From NCBI GenBank assembly GCA_965238075.1, contig OZ250173.1, forward strand, positions 3,040,001 to 3,104,000: DNA of 64,000 nucleotides. The letters are read 5' to 3'. Of this stretch, positions 49,265 through 59,009 are shown piece by piece (positions within the stretch are counted from its first letter, which is position 1; the number at the start of each line of letters is the position of its first letter). Position numbers and translations under genes: made by a program. The DNA comes from Candidatus Entotheonellaceae bacterium. GTDB lineage: Bacteria; Tectomicrobia; Entotheonellia; Entotheonellales; Entotheonellaceae. The notes beneath the pieces were generated by a model, which worked only from the letters and a program-made list of their open reading frames with translations, ran no database searches and was not told the origin of the DNA.

Positions 49265-50926
49265 TTGACTACCGACGTCGCAACCGGAATTGCACGAATT
49301 CTCAAGCAGGAAGGCGTGGAGTGGGTTTCCACCTTTCCCGTCTGCAGGGTCAACAACGCGCTCGGGCGCGAGAATGTGCCGATGCTCATGATGCGGGATG
49401 ACCGTTATGCCATCGCCGTGGCGGACGCATTCTCCCGCATCACCGGCGGTAAACAGATCGGCGTTGCCACGGTGCAGGGCGGCGTGAATGCTGCCGGGCT
49501 TCAGGTGGCTTATGCGGGATTGGCGCAGGCTTACGAGGACAATTCGCCGATGCTGTGCATCACCGACGGCGTGCCGGTCGGCAGCACCGAGAATTCCCAC
49601 TTCGACCTCACGGCCAGCCTCAAGTCGGTGTCCAAATGGTACGGCTACATCGACAAGCCGGAACGGGTACCCGAGTTCATGCGCCGGGCGTTCACCATGC
49701 TGCGCACCGGACGCCCGGGACCCGTCATTCTGGCCGTGCCCGAGGCGACCGGGCAGTACGACGAAACCGCCGACCCGTACACGCCGGTGAAGGGATGGAA
49801 GGCGCTGCCCGACCCGGCTGACGTGAAGCTGGCCGTCGAGTTGCTGATGGGGGCGCAAAGCCCGCTGCTCTACGTCGGCGAGGGTGTCATCTATGCCGAC
49901 GCGGCAGCCGAACTCAAAACGTTCGTCGAATTGGCCAACGTCCCGGTGATCACGACGCTCAAGGCCAAGGGGGTGTTTCCCGAAAACCACCCATTGTTCG
50001 TCGGGGTGCGTGGCGATCAGGTGACCGAATATCTGAAGAAGAGCGATTTGATCCTCGCCGTCGGCTCCAGCCTGTCGCCAGGGCGCTTCAGTCACGCCAT
50101 CCCCAATGCGGCGAAGAAAACCATCATCTCCTGCAACGTCAACGAGCTGGACGTGAACAAGGTGTTCCCGACCGCGCATGCCCTGATCGGCGACGCTCGT
50201 TTCTCCCTGCAGGCGCTGGCCGAGGAGTTGACGGCGCAGTCTGAAGGAAAGGGTTGCCCGCCCGGCAGTGTGGCGGCCGAGGTCAAAGCGTCCCGCGACA
50301 GCGCACTGGCATCCTACCGAGAGGCGATGGCCTCCGACGACGCGCCAATCAATCCTTACCGCGTATACAGCGAGCTCATGAAGATTCTGGACCCGCACAA
50401 GTCGTTCGTCACGCACGAGTCCGGCAACACCCGCGACCAGCTCAGCACGGTGTACGACACGCTCATTCCGAGGGGCTTCCTGGGCTGGGGCAACGTGTCC
50501 TCATTGGGATACAGCCTGGCCGCAGTGGTCGCGGCCAAGAAGGCGCATCCGGGGCGGAGCGCGGTTGCCGTCACGGGTGAGGCGGGTCTTGGCTACATGA
50601 TGGGCAATTTGGAAGTGCCGGTGCGGGAAAAGCTGGGGGTCACGGTCGTGCACATCAGCAATGGCGGCTTTGCCGGATACGGGCCGGGCTTCTGGGGCGA
50701 GGGCCACGACCCCTACACCCACCGCGTGCTCGGCCCCAACGACATTGACCTGTCGAAGGCCATCAGGGAATTCGGGTTGCACACCGAGCGGGTAACGGAG
50801 CCGGGTGCCCTTGCGGGCGCCTTGCAGCGTGCTCTGGCAGCGAATGCGGACGGCGTCCCGGCCTACATCGAGGCCGTATGCAGCCAGTTCCCAGTTTATG
50901 GGCAATGGGTGACGCGCAACGGATAA
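49265..50926 (+). CDS. thiamine-diphosphate-dependent enzyme (acetolactate synthase-like superfamily)
   Basis: ILKQEGVE, AQAYEDNSP, GRPGPV, FPENHPL, GEAG...N motif. Confidence 0.88.
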   Translation: MTTDVATGIARILKQEGVEWVSTFPVCRVNNALGRENVPMLMMRDDRYAIAVADAFSRITGGKQIGVATVQGGVNAAGLQVAYAGLAQAYEDNSPMLCITDGVPVGSTENSHFDLTASLKSVSKWYGYIDKPERVPEFMRRAFTMLRTGRPGPVILAVPEATGQYDETADPYTPVKGWKALPDPADVKLAVELLMGAQSPLLYVGEGVIYADAAAELKTFVELANVPVITTLKAKGVFPENHPLFVGVRGDQVTEYLKKSDLILAVGSSLSPGRFSHAIPNAAKKTIISCNVNELDVNKVFPTAHALIGDARFSLQALAEELTAQSEGKGCPPGSVAAEVKASRDSALASYREAMASDDAPINPYRVYSELMKILDPHKSFVTHESGNTRDQLSTVYDTLIPRGFLGWGNVSSLGYSLAAVVAAKKAHPGRSAVAVTGEAGLGYMMGNLEVPVREKLGVTVVHISNGGFAGYGPGFWGEGHDPYTHRVLGPNDIDLSKAIREFGLHTERVTEPGALAGALQRALAANADGVPAYIEAVCSQFPVYGQWVTRNG

Positions 50927-50952
50927 GAGTAAGGGATGTGAAGAGGAGGGAA

Positions 50953-51024
50953 TGGGCGATACTGGATTTGAACCAGTGACCCCTGCCGTGTGAAGGCAGT
51001 GCTCTCCCGCTGAGCTAATCGCCC
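50953..51024 (-). tRNA. tRNA-Val (anticodon CAC), CCA not encoded
   Basis: GGGCGATTAGCTCAGCGGGAGAGCACTGCCTT-CAC-ACGGCAGGGGTCACTGGTTCAAATCCAGTATCGCCCA cloverleaf. Confidence 0.95.
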
Positions 51025-51082
51025 GTCGTGCTGGCGAGAAATGGACAGGCTAGCCATTTCTCCGGTGGTCTGGAAACCGCAA

Positions 51083-51155
51083 TGGACGGTAGGAGATTCG
51101 AACTCCCGACCTCTGCCTTGCGAAGGCAGCGCTCTCCCAACTGAGCTAACCGCCC
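51083..51155 (-). tRNA. tRNA-Ala (anticodon CGC), CCA not encoded
   Basis: GGGCGGTTAGCTCAGTTGGGAGAGCGCTGCCTT-CGC-AAGGCAG...GTTCGAATC...ACCGTCCA with G3:U70 identity pair. Confidence 0.95.
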
Positions 51156-51246
51156 ACAAGGCCGCGGCAATCGCGCCGCGCCTGTTGGCTGGGGACCTCG
51201 GAGCATACTGGCGCGATCTGATGGTGTCAAGAAGCGCGCTCGGCGT

Positions 51247-52092
51247 TCACAGGAACACCACCTCGCCGGAGACGACCCGCAGGCGCGAGTCGTCACGGCC
51301 GCGTATCAGCAAGGCCCCATCGTCATCCAGGCCCAATACGACACCCTCTTCAATGCCGCGTTCCGTGCTACAGCGGACAGGTTTGCCGGCAATGCGTCCG
51401 TAGTGCAGCCAGCGCGGTAAAATGGGCACGAGGCCTCGTTGCTGAAAGGTGTGGTAGAGCGGCTCGAGGCGGTTCAGGATGGCGGCAGCGAGGCGCGGAC
51501 GGGACACGAAACGTCCGGCTGCCAGTGCGAGGGAAGTAACTTGGTGCCGCAGCTCGGCGGGGAACTGTTCCAGCGCGGTGTTGACGTTGATGCCGATACC
51601 GACGATGGCCACGGGCGATAAATCGGCCTGGAACACGCTTTCGGTCAGGATGCCTCCCGCCTTCTTGCCGTGAATCATCACGTCGTTCGGCCACTTCAAT
51701 TCGATAGACAGCGTGCTCACCTCGGTGATGGCCTCCGCCACTGCCACCGCAGCCAGCAGGGTAAGCTGCGGCAGACGGCTGAGCTCAATCTGTGGTCGCA
51801 ACAGCAGGGACATGTAGATTCCCACGCCGGGTGGCGAGGCAAAGCTGCGTCCTTGGCGCCCCCGTCCCTGGTGCTGTTGCTCGGCCAGGACCACGGTGCC
51901 TTCCGACGCCCCATCCCGCGCCAGTTGCTTCGCGATGTCGTTGGTCGAGGTCGTCTGGGCCTTGATATGGATAGTCCGGCCCAACGTCTTGGTCGTGAGC
52001 AGCCGTTGCAGGCTAGCGGCTTCAAGCGGATCGGGTATCGAAGGTTGCTCGCGCCACGTAGAATCGTCCATAGAGGAGTCGGTTATTTTCAT
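51247..52092 (-). CDS. birA: biotin--protein ligase (no N-terminal HTH)
   Basis: STN, GRGRQGR, LKWPND, KKAGGILTE, GIGIN. Confidence 0.94.
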   Translation of the reverse strand: MKITDSSMDDSTWREQPSIPDPLEAASLQRLLTTKTLGRTIHIKAQTTSTNDIAKQLARDGASEGTVVLAEQQHQGRGRQGRSFASPPGVGIYMSLLLRPQIELSRLPQLTLLAAVAVAEAITEVSTLSIELKWPNDVMIHGKKAGGILTESVFQADLSPVAIVGIGINVNTALEQFPAELRHQVTSLALAAGRFVSRPRLAAAILNRLEPLYHTFQQRGLVPILPRWLHYGRIAGKPVRCSTERGIEEGVVLGLDDDGALLIRGRDDSRLRVVSGEVVFL

Positions 52093-52173
52093 GACTCGGC
52101 CTCGCTAGCACTCTGGTTTTGGCCGCCGTTGAGGACCTGCATGTCGGGCGGTCACGAAAGGGGAACGGTCGCC

Positions 52174-53331
52174 GTGCGCATCATTGACCGCCACATCATC
52201 CGGGAACTTGTTCCCCTGACCTTGGTCGCACTCGGAGTGGCAACCGGGGTCTTCTTCCTCGATAAGCTCCTGTGGATGACGAGTCTCGTGCTGCAAAATC
52301 GCCTCGACGTTGGCATGTCGTCGAGACTGCTCTGCTACACCCTGCCCACCGTTAGCGGCCTGACGCTGCCCATCGGTTTCCTGATGGGCTGCACGCTGAC
52401 CCTCCACCGCATGTCAGCCGACAACGAGCTTGTGGTTCTGCGCGCCGCGGGGATTAGCGTCTATCGCCTGTTGATGCCCTTTTTCACGATTGCCGTGGTG
52501 GCCTACGCCCTGTCGGCGTTTGCCCTCATGTACGTATCGCCGTGGGGCTTTCAGGGACTGCAACGGCTCGTTTTCGATATCGCACGGGACCGTGCCTACT
52601 ATCACCTGAGGCCGCAGGCGTTTAACGACGCGTTCAAGGGACTGGTGTTCTACGTTGAGCGTACCCACCCTCAGGCGCAACGTTTCGAGGGAGTTTTTGT
52701 CGCCGACAATCGCTCACAAGTCACGCAGGTGATTACGGCAGAGCAGGGTGAATTGCTCGTCCAGCCGGAGGCGCTGCAAGTCGTCTTGCGGCTCAGCAAG
52801 GGCATCATCCATCGCTTCGTGCCGGCGGACGCGCGCTATCATCTGGTGCACTTTGGGCAGTACGACGTTGTGCTCGACCTGGATACTCGACTGGCGCGCC
52901 AGTCGGCCGGCTCTGCCGGCGTGCGCGAATTGTTCCCCCACCAACTGCGGGCGGAAATCTCCCGTCGAGAGGCGCTCGGTGAAGATGCCAGAGCCCTCCG
53001 GCTATTCTGGCACAAGCTTTTTGCGCTGCCCTTTGCGTGCATCATTTTCGCAGGTCTCGGCCCGGCGCTGGGCGCCACCCAGACCCGTTCAGGCCGCTCA
53101 GCGGGGTATCTGCTCAGCATCGCCGGTATTTTCGTGTACTACATCCTGCTCAGCGCCAGTGACGCGCTGGGCGAGGATAGCAGGCTGTCGCCTATGCTCG
53201 CGGCTTGGCTGCCCAACCTGTGCATGGTTGGGCTCACGGCATTGCTTCTGCGCCGCCACGTGCACGGTTCGCTGCGCATCGGGTGGGCAGGCCGTACCGT
53301 GTTCGGCAATGGCGACAGGGAAGGGGCTTAA
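52174..53331 (+). CDS. lptF: LptF/LptG family LPS export permease
   Basis: IIDRHI.REL, RMSADNEL..LRAAGIS, AAWLPN; LptF versus LptG not resolved. Confidence 0.85.
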   Translation: MRIIDRHIIRELVPLTLVALGVATGVFFLDKLLWMTSLVLQNRLDVGMSSRLLCYTLPTVSGLTLPIGFLMGCTLTLHRMSADNELVVLRAAGISVYRLLMPFFTIAVVAYALSAFALMYVSPWGFQGLQRLVFDIARDRAYYHLRPQAFNDAFKGLVFYVERTHPQAQRFEGVFVADNRSQVTQVITAEQGELLVQPEALQVVLRLSKGIIHRFVPADARYHLVHFGQYDVVLDLDTRLARQSAGSAGVRELFPHQLRAEISRREALGEDARALRLFWHKLFALPFACIIFAGLGPALGATQTRSGRSAGYLLSIAGIFVYYILLSASDALGEDSRLSPMLAAWLPNLCMVGLTALLLRRHVHGSLRIGWAGRTVFGNGDREGA

Positions 53332-54362
53332 CGGTTGAGCTGGTACTTGCGCACGGCCCGGTTGTGCTCTTTCAGCGTCTTTGAAAAATGATGCGCGCCG
53401 TTTTCCCTGGTTGCCACGAAGTACAGATACTTCACGGCGGCCGGCGCCACCGCCGCGGCGATCGAGCGTCCGCCGGGATTGGCGATGGGACCGGGTGGCA
53501 ATCCGGCGTAGCGGTAGGTGTTGTACGGCGAGTCGATCCGTAAATCGGCCTTTCTCAGGTTGCCTTGAAAAGCCTCGCCCAGCGCATAAATCACTGTGGA
53601 ATCACATTGCAGGCGCATGCCGCGTTGCAACCGGTTGTGGAAAACAGCGGCGATGAGCTCGCGCTCCGAATCAAGTTGGGCTTCTTTTTCGATCAACGAT
53701 GCAAGCGTCACGACGGCATGCTGCGACAGCCCCAGGCCTTCGGCCATGGCGACGATTTCCGGGACGTAATTTTCGTCAAACGTACGCACCATGAGCGTCA
53801 ACAGGGCTGCTTCATCCATGTCCCGCGTCACGTGATACGTATCTGGAAACAGATAGCCCTCAAGAGAAGCCACCGTGAGACCGAGGGATGCTATGAAAGC
53901 CGGGTCGGAGCCGAGTCCCAGCACTCGCTGCTCGCTGCCCATGTCCTTGGCCGCTACCAACGCCGCGATGTCGCGAAGCGTCGCGCCTTCGGGAATGGTC
54001 AGGGCGTGATGCATGACCTTGCCGCGGTACAGGAGGTCGAGGATTTCGGCCGGGGACATGCTGGCGCTCAGCACATATTCCCCGGCCTGCAGGCGCGGCG
54101 CCAGGCGCTTGGCCTCGGCATACAGGACGAACGGTAGCGGATGACGGATCAAACCGGCCTCATGCAGCTGACTGGCGATCTGCCGCAGACCCGCGCCCCG
54201 GCCCACCTGGATGACCTGTTCTCTTGCTTCGATGGCGGCCGGCTGGTGGACGAGAATCCAAGTGCCCACAAGGCCGAGGAGGCCAAGAAACGCGGATAAA
54301 GTCAGAATGGACAGGCATTGTTTGGCACAGCGGCGGGCGCGTGGCACGGGGATGTCCCTCAC
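53328..54362 (-). CDS. mltG: endolytic transglycosylase
   Basis: TIPEG, LEGYLFPDTY, ASLIEKE, SPYNTY..GLPPGPI.NPG, YLYFV. Confidence 0.95.
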   Translation of the reverse strand: MRDIPVPRARRCAKQCLSILTLSAFLGLLGLVGTWILVHQPAAIEAREQVIQVGRGAGLRQIASQLHEAGLIRHPLPFVLYAEAKRLAPRLQAGEYVLSASMSPAEILDLLYRGKVMHHALTIPEGATLRDIAALVAAKDMGSEQRVLGLGSDPAFIASLGLTVASLEGYLFPDTYHVTRDMDEAALLTLMVRTFDENYVPEIVAMAEGLGLSQHAVVTLASLIEKEAQLDSERELIAAVFHNRLQRGMRLQCDSTVIYALGEAFQGNLRKADLRIDSPYNTYRYAGLPPGPIANPGGRSIAAAVAPAAVKYLYFVATRENGAHHFSKTLKEHNRAVRKYQLNR

Positions 54363-54373
54363 GCTTGGGTGGG

Positions 54374-54799
54374 TTAAGTCTTGGCGGTCAGGCGCTGGTG
54401 ATCGAGATAGTTTTGCAGGATAAGCTGCGCGGCGAGCTTGTCCCGCACGGCCTTGCGTTTGCTGCGCCGCTGGTTGGCGGCGATCAGCACGCGCTCGGCC
54501 TGCTGTGTGGTGAGTCGTTCATCCCAGGCAATACAGGGCAGGCTGCAGGACTGTTCGAGGCGGTCGATGAAGGACGCCGTTTTTTCCGCCTGCGGGCCGT
54601 ACGAGCCGTTCATGTTGCGAGGCATGCCTACGACAATCCGGATGACGTCGTATTCGCTCATTACCTCCCGCAAAGCAGCTGTGTCGACAGCGAGGCTGCG
54701 CCGTTCGAGCACGAACAGGCCCTGAGCGAAAAGGGCCAGCTCGTCGCTTACCGCAACACCGATGCGACGGTCGCCAACGTCCAGACCCAAAATCCGCAT
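54374..54799 (-). CDS. ruvX: Holliday junction resolvase-like RuvX/YqgF
   Basis: LGLDVGDRRIGVAVSD, VVGMP, WDERLTT, D..AA..ILQ. Confidence 0.95.
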   Translation of the reverse strand: MRILGLDVGDRRIGVAVSDELALFAQGLFVLERRSLAVDTAALREVMSEYDVIRIVVGMPRNMNGSYGPQAEKTASFIDRLEQSCSLPCIAWDERLTTQQAERVLIAANQRRSKRKAVRDKLAAQLILQNYLDHQRLTAKT

Positions 54800-54825
54800 G
54801 ATGTGCCTTTACCTGTTCGCGCGCG

Positions 54826-56445
54826 TCATTGCAAGCGCGGGCCGTCCGGTTGCAGGGTGATGTTGTAGGAACTCAGGAGCGTGTTCTTGACTGCTTCGAG
54901 GCGGATGAGGGCTTGCAGGTAGTCGGTCAGGGCGTTGATTTCCTTCGAGCGCTCGACGCTCAAATCCCCCTGGAAATCCAGCACCGTGAACACGGTTGAC
55001 AGACCGACTTGCAGCTTCTTCTCCTCGGCCTCGAGCTGCTTTTGCGCCAGCTGGCTCGACACGCGCGAGGCCCGCACCCGCTGGGCATGGGTGGTCACGT
55101 CACGCGCGGCGGCGCGAACCTGCCGGATAATCTCTTCTTCCAGGTCCTTGATGCGTAGCATCTGCTGGCGGATGACCAGGCGGGATTGCGTGATGCGATT
55201 TTTGGCCTGCCGATTGCCCAACGGCCGGCTGAATTGCAAGCTGATGTCCCAGCGATACCGCTTTCCAGGATCGAACTCGCCGAGGTGGTCATCGAAGTTC
55301 TTGCTGACGCCGTTGATGCGCAGACTCGTTTCCAGGTCGAGGGTGGGCAGGGCTTGATTTTCGCTGAAGATGAGCGTGACGCGCTGGTTTTCCAGCATGA
55401 GCTTCGCCTGCATGAGGTCGACGCGTTGCTCCAGGGCCTGGCGAATCTGTTCTTCCTGGTTGATGGTGCGGGCATCGTAGGACGGGGTGTCAACGGGCAA
55501 CAGCACGACGTCCGCGTACTCGCCGAGCAGGCTGAGGTTCATGATGCGCTTGAGCCGGTCTTCCGTCGTCCGCAGCGTGTTCTCGGCAACGAGGATGCGT
55601 TCTTCGACGCGGGCAATTTCCGTTTCGGCCTGCAGCACCTCGATGGGCGCTAGCGTGCCGACGGCTACCTGCTTGCGAATCTGATCCAGAAGTTGCTCTG
55701 CCAGTGCCCGTTGCTGGCGCCGCACCTCCAGATCCTGACGGCGAAACACAAGGTCCCAGTAGGCCTCCTGGACCTGAGCGGTTACGTCGGTGATTTGCTG
55801 GCGGAAATCTTCCTGGGACACGGACAGGTTGTTTTGCGCGATGACAATGCGGTTGTTGGTGACCTGCGAGCCGAAGTTCTTCAACAAGGGCTGGGTGACT
55901 TTGACCTGTAGCTCCGCGGTGTTGAAGGCATTGCGCAGCGGCGGCTCCTGGTCCCGGGGCGTGTCGCGAGGAAAAGGCACGCGCCGGGTGGAGTCCACGT
56001 GCGCCTCCGAAAGTTCCACGCCGTACGTGCCGCCCCAGCGGTTGAGGCGCGACAACCCGAAACGGATCGCCTGTTCCTGCGTGTTGTCCTGGGCAACGGA
56101 ATCGTTAATGAATTCCTGGAAGAAGGGCGAGGTGGAAAGGAGGCGGGAGTCTGACACGGTGGCCGAAGCGTGCAACTGGATATCGAATATCCCTTCCTCG
56201 GCAGCGACCTGCGCCTCCCGGATGCGGGGTTCCAGGCCGGCGATTTGAATGTTCAGATTGCCTTGCAGGGCAAAGGCTGTGGCCTCGCGCAGGGACAGTT
56301 CCATCTCGCGTTGCTGAGCCTGCGCCGGCGAGGCGGTCCAGCCAGCGTGGCTCAAACAGACAACGACTATCAACGCGAGCAATGGCCGGACAGCGGCGAA
56401 TACCGACCTCGATGCGCGCATGCGGCTACCGCGTTGCATGCTCAT
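54826..56445 (-). CDS. TolC family outer membrane efflux protein
   Basis: Signal peptide, LSL.EA...AL..N, QPLLKNFG, AYWDL, ALPTLDL; start uncertain. Confidence 0.88.
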   Translation of the reverse strand: MSMQRGSRMRASRSVFAAVRPLLALIVVVCLSHAGWTASPAQAQQREMELSLREATAFALQGNLNIQIAGLEPRIREAQVAAEEGIFDIQLHASATVSDSRLLSTSPFFQEFINDSVAQDNTQEQAIRFGLSRLNRWGGTYGVELSEAHVDSTRRVPFPRDTPRDQEPPLRNAFNTAELQVKVTQPLLKNFGSQVTNNRIVIAQNNLSVSQEDFRQQITDVTAQVQEAYWDLVFRRQDLEVRRQQRALAEQLLDQIRKQVAVGTLAPIEVLQAETEIARVEERILVAENTLRTTEDRLKRIMNLSLLGEYADVVLLPVDTPSYDARTINQEEQIRQALEQRVDLMQAKLMLENQRVTLIFSENQALPTLDLETSLRINGVSKNFDDHLGEFDPGKRYRWDISLQFSRPLGNRQAKNRITQSRLVIRQQMLRIKDLEEEIIRQVRAAARDVTTHAQRVRASRVSSQLAQKQLEAEEKKLQVGLSTVFTVLDFQGDLSVERSKEINALTDYLQALIRLEAVKNTLLSSYNITLQPDGPRLQ

Positions 56446-56821
56446 TAACCCCCTTTCGTCGTTGCCGCCCTCGCCCGTAGGCACTCCGGCAACGAACCGT
56501 TCGACGGCCCGTCTGGTGCAGGCCGGCGCGCAACTTCTTCCTGCAACCAAAGCATAGCCGGGTAGTCACGCTGACGGATGTTCGGATGGCTGTTGGTAAA
56601 TTGGCGACAGGTGGTGTGGCAATCGTAACGGTGTGCCTTGGCATCCAACCCAGCAGAAGGTACGAGTTTTGCAGAGGAGAACGGGTTCTGTCAAGCGCAT
56701 TCTGCCCTTGCTTCCGGTATCCATCGGGGGAGGCGAGAAAGCGAGATATGGTATAGTTTCCCACATCACAAGTCGATTGCGGCCCACCTTCACGCACATT
56801 AGAAACCAGCGGAATACCTCA

Positions 56822-57748
56822 ATGCGGATCCACGAGAGCCTTGCTGCTATCGAACCGACTTCATATCCCAAGCCTGTTCTCGCTCTCGGCAACTTCGACG
56901 GCGTGCATCTTGGCCACCAGAACATTTTCAGGCACGTGGTGAGCCGGGCGGACGAGATCGGCGGTACCCCCATGGTGTTCACGTTTGATTGTCATCCGTT
57001 AAAAGTGCTTGCCCCCGAGAGGGCGCCGCTGGTTCTGACCACCAACGCCCAGAAGCGCAGCCTGATTGGTGCCTTGGGCGTCAGGGTAGGTCTGTGGATT
57101 CCCTTTACGGAACAATTTGCCCGCCAGAAACCCCTTGCCTTCATCCGCGACGTGTTGCAGGAACGCATCGGTGTTCATGAGCTTGTGGTGGGATACGATT
57201 TCCGCTTTGGCCATTGTCGGGCCGGCAACGTGTCGCTGCTCCAGCAACAGACCGCGGCGCATGGTTACGAGGTCACGGTCATCCCGGCGGTCAAGCTGGG
57301 GGACACGGTGGTGAGTAGCTCCACGATCCGCGCCTTGCTGCAAAAGGGGCAGGTCGAAGAGGCCGCCCGCCTGCTCGGCCGGAATTACGTCTTGGCCGGT
57401 TCGGTTGTGGAGGGTTTCCACCGCGGCGCCAAGCTTGGCTTTCCCACCGCAAACGTCCGCATAGATCACGAGCTCGTGCCCCGTGTGGGCGTGTACGCCG
57501 TGCGCGTGGAGTGGAAGGGCCGGCACTATCCCGGCGTTGCAAACGTGGGAAACAATCCAACCTTTGGCAACGAATCCCTCAGTGTGGAGGTGCATCTGCT
57601 TGACTTCGAGGGTGACCTGTACGATGCCCAGCTAGGCGTGGCCTTTGTTGCGCGAGTCCGTGATGAGCGAAAGTTTGCCTCAGTCGATGAACTGGTGGCA
57701 CAAATTGGCTGTGACGTCCAGCAGGCACGACGCCTCCACGCTGGATAG
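56822..57748 (+). CDS. ribF: bifunctional riboflavin kinase / FAD synthetase
   Basis: GNFDGVHLGH, VGYDFRFG, SSSTIR, GFPTAN, EVHLLDF. Confidence 0.96.
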   Translation: MRIHESLAAIEPTSYPKPVLALGNFDGVHLGHQNIFRHVVSRADEIGGTPMVFTFDCHPLKVLAPERAPLVLTTNAQKRSLIGALGVRVGLWIPFTEQFARQKPLAFIRDVLQERIGVHELVVGYDFRFGHCRAGNVSLLQQQTAAHGYEVTVIPAVKLGDTVVSSSTIRALLQKGQVEEAARLLGRNYVLAGSVVEGFHRGAKLGFPTANVRIDHELVPRVGVYAVRVEWKGRHYPGVANVGNNPTFGNESLSVEVHLLDFEGDLYDAQLGVAFVARVRDERKFASVDELVAQIGCDVQQARRLHAG

Positions 57749-57762
57749 AGCCGTTTTGCGGG

Positions 57763-58053
57763 TCACGATTCCCGTGTCCAAGGCAGACGCCAACGCCGCT
57801 GAGCCCGGTGCAGTGCGCGGATGAACTGTTTCGGATCGACGCGATACTTGAAGGCTTTGCGACCGTTGATGAAAACGACGGGAATCTCTTCCTGGTGACG
57901 CGCCAGCAGGTCCGCCCGCGTGGTGATATCCACTTCGCGCAGAGAAAACGAATAGCTGGCCCGAAGCACTTGCAGGAGTGCTTTTGCTTCGTGGCAGAGG
58001 TGGCAATCGGGCTTGCCCAATATCTCGACTGTCGGGGGAACGATTTCGGCCAT
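57763..58053 (-). CDS. glutaredoxin-like protein (DUF836 type)
   Basis: KPDCHLC, EVDI, IPVVFING. Confidence 0.8.
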   Translation of the reverse strand: MAEIVPPTVEILGKPDCHLCHEAKALLQVLRASYSFSLREVDITTRADLLARHQEEIPVVFINGRKAFKYRVDPKQFIRALHRAQRRWRLPWTRES

Positions 58054-58222
58054 CCGTCTCATCTCCCAGCCGGCAATGGCGTTGCGAGGGGTTACTCCGT
58101 TGCGCCAGACGACAGAGCAGCGTATCAGCATGCAAACTCGGTAACAAGACGTAGCGCAACCCCGGTATTCCCTCATTGATTCGTAGCGTTCCAGTATCCG
58201 TTTCCCTTTGGAAAGGCATCTG

Positions 58223-58921
58223 ATGGCGGGCGAGCCCTCTGAGCCAATAGTCGTGGCGATCGACGGCCCCTCCGGGGTCGGCAAGAGTGTGGCTGCCGAA
58301 ATGTTGGCTCAAGCGCTCGGTTTCCACTACGCGCAATCGGGGGCCATGTATCGTGCCGTCGGCTGGCTCGTGGAGTCGCACGACATGTCCCTGCGAGACG
58401 GCGACCGTATCGCTGCGCTTGTGGCGGAAACCATGATCGACATCGCACTTTGTCCTGGGCAATCCGCCGTTTGGGTGCACGGACGAGATATCTCAGAGGC
58501 GTTGGCCGGGGAGGCCGTGGGCAAAGCTGCCTCGGCGGTTGCCACCCTGCGCGCGGTGCGCCAGACGGTCACGGCGCAGTTGCGCCGCCTGCGCTGTCAC
58601 GGGAGTCTGGTCATGGAGGGACGAGACATTGGCACGGTCGTATTTCCGGATGCCGACGTGAAGTTTTTCCTGGACGCCTCGCTCGATGTCAGAGCGCGAC
58701 GGCGGTGGCAGGAAATGCGGCAGGCGGGCTACGGCGGCACGTTTGAAGAAGTCAGGCAGGCCATCGCCGAACGCGATGAGCAGGACCGCGCCCGTGCCCT
58801 CGCGCCGTTGGTCCCGGCGGCAGATGCGCACGTTATTGATACGGCGGATTTCTCTATTGACGCTGTCGTGCAGACTATGGTATCAGAGACGCAACACAAC
58901 ATCCTGCGGGGTAACGGTTGA
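58223..58921 (+). CDS. cmk: cytidylate kinase
   Basis: AIDGPSGVGKS, SGAMYRA, EGRDIGTVVFPDA, RD..D. Confidence 0.95.
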   Translation: MAGEPSEPIVVAIDGPSGVGKSVAAEMLAQALGFHYAQSGAMYRAVGWLVESHDMSLRDGDRIAALVAETMIDIALCPGQSAVWVHGRDISEALAGEAVGKAASAVATLRAVRQTVTAQLRRLRCHGSLVMEGRDIGTVVFPDADVKFFLDASLDVRARRRWQEMRQAGYGGTFEEVRQAIAERDEQDRARALAPLVPAADAHVIDTADFSIDAVVQTMVSETQHNILRGNG

Positions 58922-59009
58922 GCCTGCCTGCGCGCCTTGGCCTTGAGTGTGGCAAGGTCATGTCGTCTCAGCGTTGCAATCCGTAGTTAATCAGGAGGCT
59001 GGAATTCCC

